A stretch of DNA of 64,000 bases, from contig LSRY02000042.1 in assembly GCA_001643675.2 (NCBI GenBank), positions 62,001 through 126,000 on the forward strand, written 5' to 3'. Below the pieces are notes generated by a model. That model made no database searches, was not told the DNA's origin, and worked only from the letters and a program-made list of their open reading frames with translations. Positions 24,801 through 37,666 of this stretch are shown here, one piece after another. Source of the DNA: Monocercomonoides exilis PA203 (lineage: Eukaryota > Protista > Preaxostyla). Within the stretch, counting starts at the first letter, position 1. Every line of letters starts with the position of its first letter. Position numbers and translations under genes: made by a program.

Positions 24801-25126
24801 AGAGACCGAATATGAAAAAAGTTGAAGGGTCTCGATTGAAAGGAATGGTGGAAACAAGTGTGCTGGCTCAGATGCCAGACAGAATGTCACTTTCAGAAAT
24901 GAAGAGAGAATTCATTGGATTATTTCCAGCGAATGCAGCAATACTGACAGCTTCAGATGCGCTGTGCTATGCAAGGGGAAGCAGAGAAGGTAGAGGTGAA
25001 AGCTTTGCTCGAAGAGACAGCAGAATAGTGGAGTGTGTTTTAATTGATGAACACAAAGACATTATAATTGTTGGGAAAGGAAACATCCCCGAAAATAAAA
25101 ATGAAAAAAATGAAAAAATGAAATAA
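12802..25126 (+). pseudogene. Giant (~4,080-codon) receptor-like surface protein with repeated Cys/Gly modules, TM helix and degenerate protein-kinase C-lobe; disrupted by TAG 15208, +1 frameshift in A7 run 15744-15750 and TAG 19604
   Basis: Signal peptide MRLLCCIFFGLTLCFA. Probable intron ~12944-13027. Track ORFs 13213, 15280, 15452 and 19646 join seamlessly. Recurrent GGG(I/A), GN.IF, YAIPL and CG...PC motifs. TM at ~23720-23790. Tail RWKAPE...FSIGMMLWECLTLQIPF...GERP. Confidence 0.85.
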
Positions 25127-26318
25127 ATGTGAGGAGAGATCATATCAAAAAGATTTAAAAGAAGAGTAAAAAAACAATGAATATTCGATTTGAGTAAATA
25201 ATGTGTGTCTGATTATGTACACACACTCTTGGTTTATTGGAAGCACAGTTACTGGGCATTGTTTCAATTTATGCTTATGTAAAATGAGAATTGTTCATCA
25301 AAAATTAGTATTTATTCTTGATTCTCAATCATTTCTGAAGTTTTCTGCAATTATTTGTTATTCGTTCAATTTTTTGCTTTATTAATCTATCCAGTATTAC
25401 AAATTCTATTTTCAACTTTATTACAAAACTGGCTTGAGTGTTTTGTTGGAGCAGCTATTCAAAACTTTCAAATATTCTTCATTTTTATCAGACATTTTTT
25501 GGGAGTGAAGAATGAGTTTTTTTTTTCTTTTTCACCTTTGAAGTCAATTATTTTTGCATTTTTTTAAAAGATAATTCTATTTTCAAGTTCAAATTAAATT
25601 TTCAAAGTTAATATTCAATTTGTTTGTTTGGAAAGTGAAATTTTCATTTAACTCGAAGCAAACTGTTTCAATTTTGCATTTTGAGGCTTTTTTCTTTGAC
25701 AATCGATTTATATCTTCAAAATTTTTTGAAAATTATTTTGTTTGAAGAAAGTGGAACGAAGTGAAAAACAATTCATTTTGGTTTCATTTTTGTAATTGAG
25801 AATGAAAATTCGATAATTAATTTGTTCAATTCGATAAACAAACAATCGAAAAGCTTTGTATCTTTTTAATTATGTTTATTTCAAAAAACATAGACAACTT
25901 CAAGCAAATATCATGAAGTGAAAATTTATCTTTTCAAAGAAAATACTTAATGAAGATAAAAAACATATAATCATCGTTGATAAAAACAACACACATACAC
26001 ATACATAAAGAAAATAATAAAAATATTGGAAAAAAAAGAAAGAAAATAGAAAAAAATTAGTTCTTTGAAAAAAAAAATAATTGGCAACTTACTTTCGAAA
26101 ATCACACTTTCATGAGTGTTTTGATCAAAAAATAATCCTTTTTGAAATTCTTGAAAAATAGGTTGGAAGAGAATAACAGTCATTCTCCACGAATCGAAAA
26201 AAAGAAACTGTTTTGCCAGAATTTCCAAAAAGAGTTATTGTTTGATGAAAACACTAATGAAAGTGTGATTTTTGAAATAAGGTGCCAACTGCAATTGATC
26301 ATGGCTGTCATGTGAATG

Positions 26319-27644
26319 TTATTGTAATTTGAAATCAATTTTTATTCCTTTTTTCACAAGCAGTCTCACATACAGGATAAATGTCGGTACAAAATCCAAT
26401 CCCATTCCAATGCCAAACATCAAGCATATTCCGTTCAATGTTGGCTTGTACACACCAGTCAAATAAAGAATAAACAGAATTCCATAATAAAATCCATCAA
26501 TGCATATTGATTGAATTAGCATATATCCTGTTTTCCCCAAGCCGTAAAACGTGCTGTCGAAAACTGTCGAGTTGAATATGAATTTGACGTAGAAGCCTGT
26601 TTCAATGAGCACAACATTGAAGACTTTGATGTATTCAGAACAGTTCAACACATAGCGCAAAAACAGCTTCCACAAAGGGATGCTCACCAGCCATAACAAG
26701 GCGAATAGGGTGGCCATGCACAAATACCCGAAAGTTTTCGCTCAGATATTATCCTCAGATTCTCCAACTTCTTTTTTCACAACATCTGCAAGAGCCAGCG
26801 AAGGAATTAGCAACCATTGCCAAATAAAATTGTTTGCAACCCAATAAACCCCCTGTTCAGCCACAATGTTCACCATTCTGATGACCATCACCATGAAGAC
26901 GACATTTCTTAATAATGATTCCAAACCGGAATACTTCCCAACACTGAGCCACTCCTTCAGCAAACCAAAATTCCATTTGGTTTTCACAAAGAAGCTTATG
27001 CTTTCTCCTCTCAACAAGAGCAATGCAACAATAAATATGACAAAATTGACAATGATATTCGAAATGGCAATTCCGTTAACTCCAATATTCAATGAAACTT
27101 TCAAAGTGCTCACCAAAAATGTGTCCAGAATGATCATTAACAGCATCTGAATAATCAGCAAGATGAACATGTATTTTTCCTTTTTCAATGTCACAAGAAC
27201 AAGTGAAATAAACCTCCACAGCGTTGAAAAGATTCCTCCAACAGTTTCTATTCTGACATATGTCACTGTCACATCAATAAGTTCATTATTTTGCGCCATG
27301 AAAACCACAAGAGGCTTTGCAGCAGAAACCAAAATTATGGACACTAAAACATAAACCGCTGCTGTGACAGTTATTCCTGTTCTGACCTTGTTTGCAAACT
27401 CTTTCGAATCGTTCAATGACTTTCCCAAAAGATGGAAAAGAGGAAGGATCAAGGCTTCCTGGGCCACTTCATAAAACAAATTCACCCATGACATTTGGCT
27501 TGCAATATTCACCCCCGAATCGCTCGGTAACTCTCCAAGAAAAAAGATTCTGACTGTTTGATAAATTGTTGGCAAAATCATTGAAATGAATATTGCTGCC
27601 CAAAGTCTAATGTTCACAGTTTTGAAAGCTCTCAAAATTCTCAT
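26319..27644 (-). pseudogene. MATE-family (Na+-driven efflux-like) multi-pass transporter, intronless, one in-frame TGA at 26742-26744
   Basis: Track ORFs 26742..27716 and 26319..26723 share a frame. 441 codons from ATG 27644, with ~12 hydrophobic segments. Motifs LPTIYQTVRIFFLG, GVNGIAISNI, GLESLLRN and YGLGKT recall bacterial MATE proteins. Confidence 0.75.
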
Positions 27645-29584
27645 GAAGGATAAATCGAATTTCACTTCTTTGTTGATTTGAGAACTTTTCAGGCAAAGGG
27701 CAAGAAACGAGCACACAAATCTATTGAATGGTTTTGTTGATCAAAAAATGCAAATCACTTTTTGAATTATAATTGAAATCGAAATGATTCAAACAAAATG
27801 ACAAAGCCAGGCGTTTGTAACAAAAAAAGCAGAAGCGATGTATGTCAGTCGAAAGACCAAATCTATTCCGATTGTTTGACATTTTTTTCTGTAATTCGCA
27901 TTTTTATCTCTTCTTCTTCTTCTTCTTCTTCTTCTTCAAGTGGTTCTGTGCTTTTCATTTCTCTTCCAATTGTTTTGAGAAAAAAAAATAGCACTCAAAA
28001 TCTATTCCTACTTTCGCGGTTGTTTGAAACTTTGCAGAGTTCAGATAAGTTATGGAAGTGACAAGATTCATAACATATTGAAAAAAGAAGAATAAATAAA
28101 GGCACAAAATGTGAAGATGAATGAGGAGAACAAAAAAGAATATGAAGAAGAATATGAACATGAAGAAGAAACGGATGCTAAATGATCAGAATGCAACATA
28201 ATAACAGCATTTGCAAACCAAATTCTTGCAATGGCATTGCTGAAGAAAGAATAAAAGAAGAAATAGAAGCTGAAAGAGAAATGAAATGAAATGAGTTCGA
28301 CCATGCTCTTTGGGCGAGCTGGGTGACAGAGGCGAAAAAGATTCATCTGAAGAAAATGCAGATCAAATGAACAGATTTGAATTTCATAATAGTCAATAGC
28401 AGCAAGAGAAGGTAGATTTATTTTATGTTGCCTCATGAGAATATGATGGCTGTCCAAACAGCAAATTCTCAAACACGATAAAGATATTCTTTCCATCAAC
28501 CAAATTAAAAAATATCGTCGATAAAGAGATCGAAGGAGAAGGAGAAGAAATCACATAAGCTGCAAAAAATCTGCATGAAATGGATTGTCCCCGTGAATGA
28601 CGCTCAACACAAAAAATGCTGTTAATTGTAATGGGAAAATGATTATTATCAAAAAAGAAATTTGTTTTGCGTTGATTATATGAATTTTTCAAAAGAACAC
28701 ACATGCTCTCCCTTTCGCAAAAGAAGAAGATTGCTCAATCACCAATGCTGCCATTCTCCTTTTCCCTTATTTCTCAGTGCCCCTTTCTCCAACATCCTTT
28801 TTTCTCACATAAATATCATGTTTTCGATCTTCTCATCCACTATTATTTTTCGAAAAAAAAAATATCTTTTCATTTTTTCTTTCCAAGTGCTGTTCAATTG
28901 CTGTCATTTCTTTTCGCTCTCATCCATATGCTTTGAAATCGAATTTGCTTTTCCACCCCCCTGTTCAAGATGAATACAAAAAATCTTCAATTCATATCTT
29001 CTGCTTGTATCTCGAAATCCAGTACTCTTCTGATGCTCTGCTCAGAAAAACAAAATAAAGTGCATTTGTATAATTTTTCGGATTCTTGGACTCTGAAAAA
29101 AATATTTATAAAATCATCTTTTCAACGAACAAGAATGATAAAAAAACGCATCCATCACAATTTTCATATGTCATTTTGGAAAATGAATTTCCTTCAAAGA
29201 TGTTTTTAACAAAAAACCATCTCGTCCAATTCCATCATCGACACTTTGCTAACGCTATCTCATTTCAGTGTTGAAAATAAAATCTCCTATTCTTAGCAAA
29301 AAGTTCGCTCACCGATCTCTCATTTTTGGAAAGAAAATTTGTGTTCTTTCAAATCTGATGATCCGAATATCCATAACAATAAACTTGAAAAAGATTAAGC
29401 GTTGCTTTTCTCCTTTATTCCAACTCAAAAATATTTATGCAAAAAGCTACGGTGTGAATTCTTGTATTTTCATGATTATTTTTGGGTTAAATTTGTGCAA
29501 CTTTTTTCTATCCAAACACATTCGAATTCAATGTGAATGATGTAAATCGCTTTGTATTTTTTTGAATGCAATGTTTTTTCAAAA

Positions 29585-31060
29585 ATGCAGGATATAGATA
29601 ACACAAAAAAGTTCAATGGCGTGCAATTGCAGTTGCATGTGAATTCTTTTTGATTGGATTTCTTTCTTTGTTTTTTGAAGAATTATTTTCCCGGTTGAGC
29701 AGCAACTCAGCTGATGAGCAGAAACGGGCAATCGAAGAGATTAATGAAATGATTATTGAAATGAACGAAAAAGATTCCAATTTAATTTTCACAAAAGAAC
29801 TGTTCGACAAAATGGACAAAATGATTGAAGAAAAGGAAATATGTTTGGAAAATGCGTTTGTGTTGCTGAAGAGCATAGGATGTTGGAATGTACTGAAAAA
29901 TGTATTTAATTACGGTTTTTATGAATCTTCATTGAATCAACGATTTAAGAAAATGATTATTGAAGAAGAACTGAAAAAAGAAGAGAAGGAAGAGAAGCTT
30001 CTTGTTGACCTTTTTGAGTGCTTCATTTTTCTTAACTTTTGTTTCCCGCCAAACTCGCTTTCAATTTGCGTTCCTTGCCTTTTGAAGTCTTCATCAAACA
30101 AAGAGGAAAACAAAGATGCCCAAACAGAAGTGGAAGTGGCTTTGATTGCATTAAGCGGAGCTGGATATTGCGTATGAAAACTTCTTTTCCAATTGTGAGA
30201 CTAATATCCCCCCTCCTCTCTCATTTTTTTAAAATTTATTTTTTTGATTTTTTTTCTTCACTTTATTTTATTTTATTTATTTATTTTTTGCATAGTACGT
30301 GGAAAGAGAACTGTATTTGAATGAAATCAAGGAGATCATCGAATATCATAAGGAGCATCATAATCTGACACGAATCGCATATCAATCGGCTTGGATGTTT
30401 TTAATAAAAAGAATAATCTTTGAGAACAGTTTGGAAGAAATTATTGTGAATGAGCTGCATTTTGGAAGAGAAGCAGCAAAAGAACTGGAAGAACTCTCGA
30501 AATGTGTTGATGGGAGGAGAAAAGAAGGATGGAAAGGAGGAAAAGAAACGAAAGAAGAGCTTCTTTTAATGAAATGGATTGAAACATTGTGGGTTTATTT
30601 TTTCCATTGCAAATTGTGGAATGAAGACTTTGCTGATCTAATTAACAGCCTTGTTCGGGTATTTCGAATAGCAAAGGATAATCACAGAGAAATAAGAAAA
30701 GAATGCATTTATGTGTTAGAAGAAGCAGCAAGAAATAGAAGTGTGACAGTTGGTGATTTGTTAGTGAGCGGAGGAGCTGTTGATGCTTTTCTGGAGGAGA
30801 TTCACAAATCAACAATGGATGACAAAATTACAATTAAAAGCTTGGAATTCTTCTTCAATATTTCAAATCGTTTGAAAAAAGAGGATGATGAAAGGAAAGA
30901 AGCGAAAAGAAAGGCAGCAAAAAGAAAGGTGCTTGAAAAAATGGAGGAGGAAGGATACGAAGATACCATCTTTTGCTTTAAGGGAATGTTGTATTTTCTT
31001 TGTATGAATTATGAACACAGAATGGCATGTAATGTTTCATACTATTTTGTGAATGTTTGA
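29585..31060 (+). CDS. Lineage-specific alpha-helical protein family, copy 1 (exons 29585-29618, 29681-30171, 30296-31060)
   Basis: Splicing gives a continuous frame MQDIDNTKKFNELFSRL...EKLLVDL.EC...YHKEHHNLTRIAYQSAW...EKMEEEGYED. Intron 1 is GC-AG and intron 2 is GT-AG. Intron positions are conserved across paralogs. Confidence 0.8.
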
Positions 31061-31719
31061 GTAAATGAAACAATTGTTCTTTTTTCTTTTCTTTTCTTTT
31101 CTTTTCTTTTTTCTTTTTCTTTTTTCCTTTTTCATTTCACAATTCAGCAAGTTTAAAATGTTTTTTCAAAAGCTATTTTTTCATAACTTCAAAATGGAAC
31201 AAAATGAACAGGAAAAAAAAAAAAAAAGAAGTCAAGAATTACTTATCAAAGTTAGCATTTTACAAATTTGAATGGATAAAGTGGAGGCAAACAATCCTTA
31301 AAATTCACAATGACAATGTCAAAGAATAAATGGGAAATACAAAAGAAATTTGACAGAAAAAAAAGAAAGTTTGAAAGAGAAATTAAATGACGAACGTGGG
31401 GAGATACTTATGAAAATAGTCAATAAACAATTTTGATGAAAGATGGAACAAATTAATCAGAGGAAAAGAAAGACAGAAGAGAAACGAAAATTGAACAATC
31501 ATTTAATTCATTTTTTCACAACCACTTTGCTTCCATTTGATGGAGCGAAAGAACTCTTCAATAAAAACATGAAAACTTGTTGAATTGTGAAATAGAAAAA
31601 AATGAAAAAGAAAAAAAGAATAAATAAAAAATAAATATATAAAAAGAAAATTTAAAAAATGAAAAGAAAGAAAAATTGAAACTTTGAGAAAAAAAAAGAA
31701 GAATGAATGTTTCATTCAC

Positions 31720-33197
31720 TCAAACATTAACAAAATAGTATGAAACATCACATGCCATTCTATGTTGATAATTCATCCAAAGAAAATACAACATTCCCTT
31801 AAAGCAAAAGATGGTATCTTCATATCCCTCTTCTTCCATCTTTTCCAACAACTTCATATTATCTGCCTTTCTTTTCGCTTCTTTCTTTTTAAACATACTC
31901 TTTTCTTTTGCATTTTTTAACATGTTCATAAAAAACATCAAGCTTTCGCCTACCAATTTGTCATCCAATGTTGGTCGCTGGATCTCCTCCAAAACAGCAT
32001 CAACAGCCCCTCCGCTCAGCAAATCACCAACTGTGACAACTTCTCCATCGGACGCATTTAGAAAGGAATCAAGGCATGTCTCGTGTATTTTCATGAAATT
32101 GTCCCTTGATGCTCGACACACTTGAGCAATGCTGCTTAAAATCCCATTTAATTCTTCATTCCACAATTGGCATTTGAATAAATATTGCTTTAGTGCTTCA
32201 AGCCATCTCATCAAATCAAGCTCTTCTTTTGTCTTTTTTCTTCTCTTTTCATTCTCTTCCTTCTATCTCTTCCAATCCACAAATTTTGATAGTTCTTCCA
32301 ATTCTCTTGCTGCCTCTCTTCCGAAATGTAGCTCATTCACAATAACTCCTTTGATGAGTTCACCTTTGAGTATTCTGCATGCCAAAAACTCCCAAGCTGA
32401 TTGATAGGCAATTCGTGTCAGATTGTGATGTTCCTGATGATATTCGATGATCTCCTTGATCTCATTGAGGAAAAGTTCAGTTTCAAGATCCTTGTTAAAA
32501 ATTGCGAGGAAAAAATGTTATCAAAAATGAATAATATGTGCTCATACAAAACTTTTTAAATGGTTCAACCCAATCAAAGCAATTTCCACTTCTTTTTGAG
32601 CCTTTTCGTTTTCCTCCTTGTCCAATGCCGCTTTCAGAAGATAATGAACGCAAATAATATTAATTTCTTTTGGTAATTCTTGATAGATTTCCCCCAATAT
32701 AATACAACTTTCGCAGAGATCAACCAGAAGCTTTTCATTTTTCCCTTCCTTTTTCTTTTCTTCATCAGTGATTATCTTTTTTAATCTTTCATCCAAAGAA
32801 GTTCGCTGAAATCTAGAAAACCACGGAAATTTCAACACCTTGCAATATACAACATTCTTCAATATCAAAATTGTATTTTCCATCGAAAGTTTCTTTTCAT
32901 CAATCATTTGATCCATTCTATTGAACAGATCTACTGTGAAAACAGAATAGAATTCTTTTTGTTGCATCTTTTCCATCATTTCGTTCATTTCAAGTATTTT
33001 AACTTTCTGTTCAATTTCATCGCAATCTTCCAGCTCAGAAAACAATTCTGAAAGAATTTTTAAAATAAAATTCATAAAAACACACAAAATATCACAACAG
33101 TTAAATCAAAAGTGAAGGTGAACAAACTCAAAAACTTAGACGCAATTGGAGATTCTTGGGTTTCATCTTCGATCTTGTTATCAGAGCCCGCTTTCAT
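31720..33197 (-). pseudogene. Helical protein family, copy 2 (3 exons; in-frame TAG at 32263-32265)
   Basis: Same motifs (LFSELEDC, NEKLLVDLCE, HHNLTRIAYQSAW, EKMEEEGYED) with GT-AG introns at the same positions. VDWKR*KEE contains a premature stop. Confidence 0.75.
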
Positions 33198-35729
33198 TCT
33201 AATTGCCAAAACGTCATGTTCAATTTAACAGGCAAAGTACTTCAAAAAGAAGGAAAATGAATAAGCACATACGATGTACTTGCATCAGAAAGCAAAGCGG
33301 AAGCAGTGTCAACCGCATGTGCTTTTCGGAAAGAACTGAAAATAGAATTGCCCATTGATCAATTTACCTTAATATAAGTCATTTTTGGCTTTTCACATTA
33401 TGATTTCTTGTATCATAAAGTTTGAAAAGATGCTCAAAAGTTTGTTTCTTGTTCCTTTTCATAAAAAGAAAATTATTATCTTGTTTGTATTGGTGAAATG
33501 GATAATCAAATTCTGTTTTTGTTGAGAATTAAAAAGTATTTTTTTTTTTTTTTTTTTGAAAAAGTGAACAGGCACCACAATTAAATTTCATAGCTAAACA
33601 CAGAATTTTCTTCCTTGCCGTTGAATCAAAAACGATTCTGTGAAATGCATTTGAGGCAATTGGAATGTTTTGTCATGAATGACTGAAATCGCTTCGAAAA
33701 CATCAAAACATGATTGTCGATGAAGATAAAAAGATAGAAAGAAACAGACAATAGATAAATTGAGAAATAAAAAACCAATTGTTGGAAAGAAAAAGATGCA
33801 AATAGCAAAATCAAATCCATGTTTTTCCTCTTCTTGCGTTCTCGCCTTCAATTCAATCCTTTCGCATCAAATCGAAATGAATACTATGGAATGGTAATAC
33901 GATGCACTCCTCTCTTTCTTCTCCTTCATCTTTCTTATTCATCGCTGGCATCATATTCGTTGCTTTGCTCAACAAAAGATGCTGACTAAGTGACTATTCT
34001 GCTTGTCGTTCGAAGACTATCTTCCTGCCTTGCAGCATCTCCTTCTGTGAACGTATTTTCAATTGCTTGTTGCCTGGCTTTTTTTGAGCGTAGCTTCAAA
34101 AGAAGAAATGCTTTGATTCTTTCTGCATGCGGGAGTTGTGACAGAAAACTTTGTTATTATCTCAAATAAAAAAATTTTTTTTGTTTCTTCTTCTTCTTCT
34201 CTGCTTTGCTTTGGGTGTTGATGTGTCATTGCAATGCGTGATTGAGTTATTCGAGACGAAGTGAAAGCGGAGGAGGAAGAAGAGATAAGTGAAGAAATGT
34301 CGCAGGAGAAGAATTTGAAGAAAGAATTATTAAATCAGAAAGCACTTCTTCACGTATTTTCTGTTTTCTATTCATCTCATTTGCATCATTTTCTCATTCT
34401 TTTTTTTAATTAATTCTTCTTCAACTTTTCCTTCGTCTTCTCCTTCTTCCATTTCTCCCCTTTTCTCCAATATCGCTTCCTCTCCCTCTTTTTCTTCATT
34501 TGTTCTCATTCGTTTCCTTCCTCTACAGTTCTGCTTCTGCAACAAATATCTCCCTTGTCCTGGGACCGATCAAAGCATTCTTTTGCTTTTCTTGCACCAC
34601 CGCTGCTTTCTCAAGCCGACAAACAATTGAATTCCCCGTCTCATTGCATTAGCTACAACGCGCTGTGGAAGCACCCTCACATTAAAAAAATGCCTCTGAT
34701 TCAATAATTGCTGCAACTCTCCAGAAGACGAAGGAATACAATAACACATCAGACGACTTGCAGGTAGTCGAAAAGCAGAGTGAACTCAATCGGCTCCAGA
34801 GAATATATTCGGTTGAAAGCAGAATTTGAAGAATTCCCCATTTTTAAAAGCCATTTCTAATAGAAGCCGCAATGCAAGATAAATACAGGCCAACAGCATA
34901 ACAACCAGAAATAAGCACATTAAACAGTCTTCACAGAAATTGTTCATTCTCGATGTTCGTCTGAGAAAACATGGCTGTCTTGTCTAACGTTTGCAAACGC
35001 TTCATCAAACCAAAAACAAAGCAACAAAGTCCCAGCAAATCAACTCCGCATCGATGCCACGCAAATGGAGCATTACAATAAAATCTTTGGATGGCTGCGC
35101 TTGAAGAGGTTGACACAAATATTCTGTATTTTTCTGTAGTTGCCTGTGACGTCGAAGAAAGCAAACTTCGAATGATAATCGCCTTGCTTGTTCAATATGG
35201 CAGTCCCTTCGAAGAATGAAATCCAAATAAAATCGGTCCTAATGTTGTTCGATAGCTAAAAAATGCTCGATAATTGGATGTCTCGTGGTTGGCGTTTCTC
35301 CACTCTTTTGAAGCAAAAGCGGAATCAGAAATAGAAATTCGTCGCTTTCCATGCCTGCCTGGCGCAGTCCGAAAAACAGGAAAACCTTATAAATAAAACC
35401 GATATTTTTGGGTTTTCCTTTTTTCGTTGAATCCTTGCCTTTTTTTGTGATTAATATCCTTCCCTCGATATTGCCAGTCATTTTCCTTGCCAAAAAAGCT
35501 TCTCCATCGCTTTATATTCCAAACTCTATATCAGTTTTTGAAGATTTTATTTTTCAGAGGAATTCCATCCTCTTTTGTCTTCATTCAATAAAAAAACAGT
35601 TGAATAAGTTTTTTTCATCTCTTCCACCAAATAAAATATAATGAAAATCATGTGTCTTGCGTAACTTCATTTATATCCTAATTGCTATATAATAATCTGC
35701 TCCATTCTCATCACATTCCCCTCCAAAGC

Positions 35730-36059
35730 GGAGATTGGCCATTCCAACAATAACTCATGTTCCTGCACTTTGGAAAGGATACAGACGGAAATATCTTCAC
35801 AACATATAGTACAATAAAAATTACATGCATTATGTCTTTTTGTGCTATTGATGAAATTGTTGTATTCCCCTTGACCATCCAATTTCATAAATTATAAAAT
35901 AGAATTTCATTTTCAATTCATTAATGCCATTGCCTCCTCTCCTCACAAAAAATAATATTTCTAGTTCTATAGGTAACGTTCACTTGCTGTTTTCTCAATC
36001 TGTGGATAAATATTCCATTTCAAAGATAAAAATATGATCATTGAATCCATTACAAAAAA
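35730..36059. repeat. ~330-bp dispersed repeat, copy A (copy B at 45783-46112)
   Basis: Shared blocks ggagattggccattccaacaataactcatgttcctgcactttgga and ttctcaatctgtggataaatattccatttcaaagataaaaatatgatcattgaatccattacaaaaaa. Confidence 0.85.
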
Positions 36060-36257
36060 ATCAATCTTTTAAACTCACGCTTTCTTAGTTATTGATTGCC
36101 AAAAATACAAATGCAAAAAGCAACGATAAGAGTGTTGATATTTTTATTTCTGTATTGAATTTTAAATTTTACACATATTTTATATTTCCAAATATAAATG
36201 TTTTGAATGTGAATGATTAAGATCTCTTTGTTTTCTGAATGCAATAAATTTTCAAAA

Positions 36258-37666
36258 ATTCAGGAGACAGACAACACAAAAAAGTTCAATGGTTTATATT
36301 CACTGTTTCATCGAATTCTTATTGATTGGATTTCTTTCTTTGTTTTTCATTGAAGAATTGCTGAATGAACTTGAAGATTGCGGCGAGGAAGATCAAAGAC
36401 AGAAAATCATTGAAATGAACAAAGTGATGGAAAGAATGGACAAAGAAGAATTCAAGTCTGTTTTCACGGTTGAGCTGTTCAATGAAATATTTGAAATGAT
36501 TGAAAAAAAGAAACTTTCGGTGAATAACGCACTCATGCTGTTAAAGAGTACTGGATATTTCACAGAATTTAAAGATATACGTGATGGTGGATTTTATTAC
36601 TCTGAATTGAAAAAAAGAGTTCAAAAGATGATTTCTTCCGAACATAAGAAAAGAAAAAGAAAGAACGAAAAGCTTCTTGTTGATCTTTGCGAATGCTATA
36701 TTTCTCTAAATGATGACAATCAACCTGAATTACTTAGTATCTGTATGTCTTGCCTTCTGAATGCTTCATTGAACAAAGAAGAAAAGGAGGAAACTCAAAA
36801 GGAAACGGAAATGGCTTTGATGACATTGAACAAAATTGGATATGGTGTATGAGAATTTTTATTTCATTTTTGACGTTTTTGAATTTATTTCTCGTTTTTT
36901 TTAGAAAATAGAAAAAGAACAGTGCGTGAAAGAGATCAAGGAGCTCATTAAATATCATCAGGAACATCACTATCTCACTCATCTTGCTTATCAATCGGCT
37001 ATGGAATTTTTGGTTAAAAATTTAAACAATGAGAGAAATTTGGAAAGAGAAATAATGAAAGAGCTGCATTTTGTTAAAGAAGCAGTAAGAGAATTGGATG
37101 AGCTTTCAAAGTCTGTTGATTGGAAAGTGGAAAAAAGAGAGGAAAGAGGAAAAGAAAAGAAAGAAGCGATCATTATAAAGAGGTGGGCCCATACAATTAC
37201 GCTTTTCTTCAACACGTGCAAATCTTGGAATGAAGAATATATCGAGATTTTCAGTTCTATTATGAAAATATTTGGAGTGTCAAGGGATCATTTCAGAGAA
37301 ATTAGCAGAGAATGCATTTGTGTATTTGAAACAGCAGTAATAAATAGAGCCGTGAAGATTGATTACTTGCTCGCAAGTGGAGCTGTTGAACTTATTTTGG
37401 AGGAAATAGACAATTTAATTGGAATATGTTCAATAATTGAAAGATGCATGTATTTTTTCATTGGTCTTATTTGCAGATTGAAGAGAAAGACGGAAAAAGA
37501 AAGTGATGAAGCAGAACGAAAAGCAATGATAAGAAAGTTGATTGAAAAGATGGAAGAAGGAGGATATGAAGATTGCATAGTTAGGCTGCGCTATTGCAAA
37601 TTCTATATTAGTTGTGCTTCTTATTTTCTAATTCAACAATTGGATGATTATTTTTTGTATTGCTGA
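36258..37666 (+). CDS. Helical protein family, copy 3 (introns 36292-36355 and 36847-36904; start codon is ATT where paralogs have ATG)
   Basis: aaaaATTcag versus aaaaATGcag in copy 1. Family motifs are present and both introns are GT-AG. It may be a pseudogene or may use ATG 36289 with intron 1 retained in frame. Confidence 0.7.

Noticed and set aside
5452-26744. Alternative genetic code (TAA/TAG = Gln, or all-stop reassignment) to explain the in-frame stops
   Set aside because: The stops are too sparse: 1099-, 1384- and 1826-codon frames have none while using CAA/CAG freely. All three stop types occur, they align with different residues, and frameshifts co-occur. TAA, TAG and TGA all end genes normally here.
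33900-35230. Possible decayed gene on the minus strand (similar GC-richer patches at 27800-28600, 40400-41330 and 44720-45230)
   Set aside because: Coding-like composition, but many stops and no recognisable motif, so no product can be assigned.
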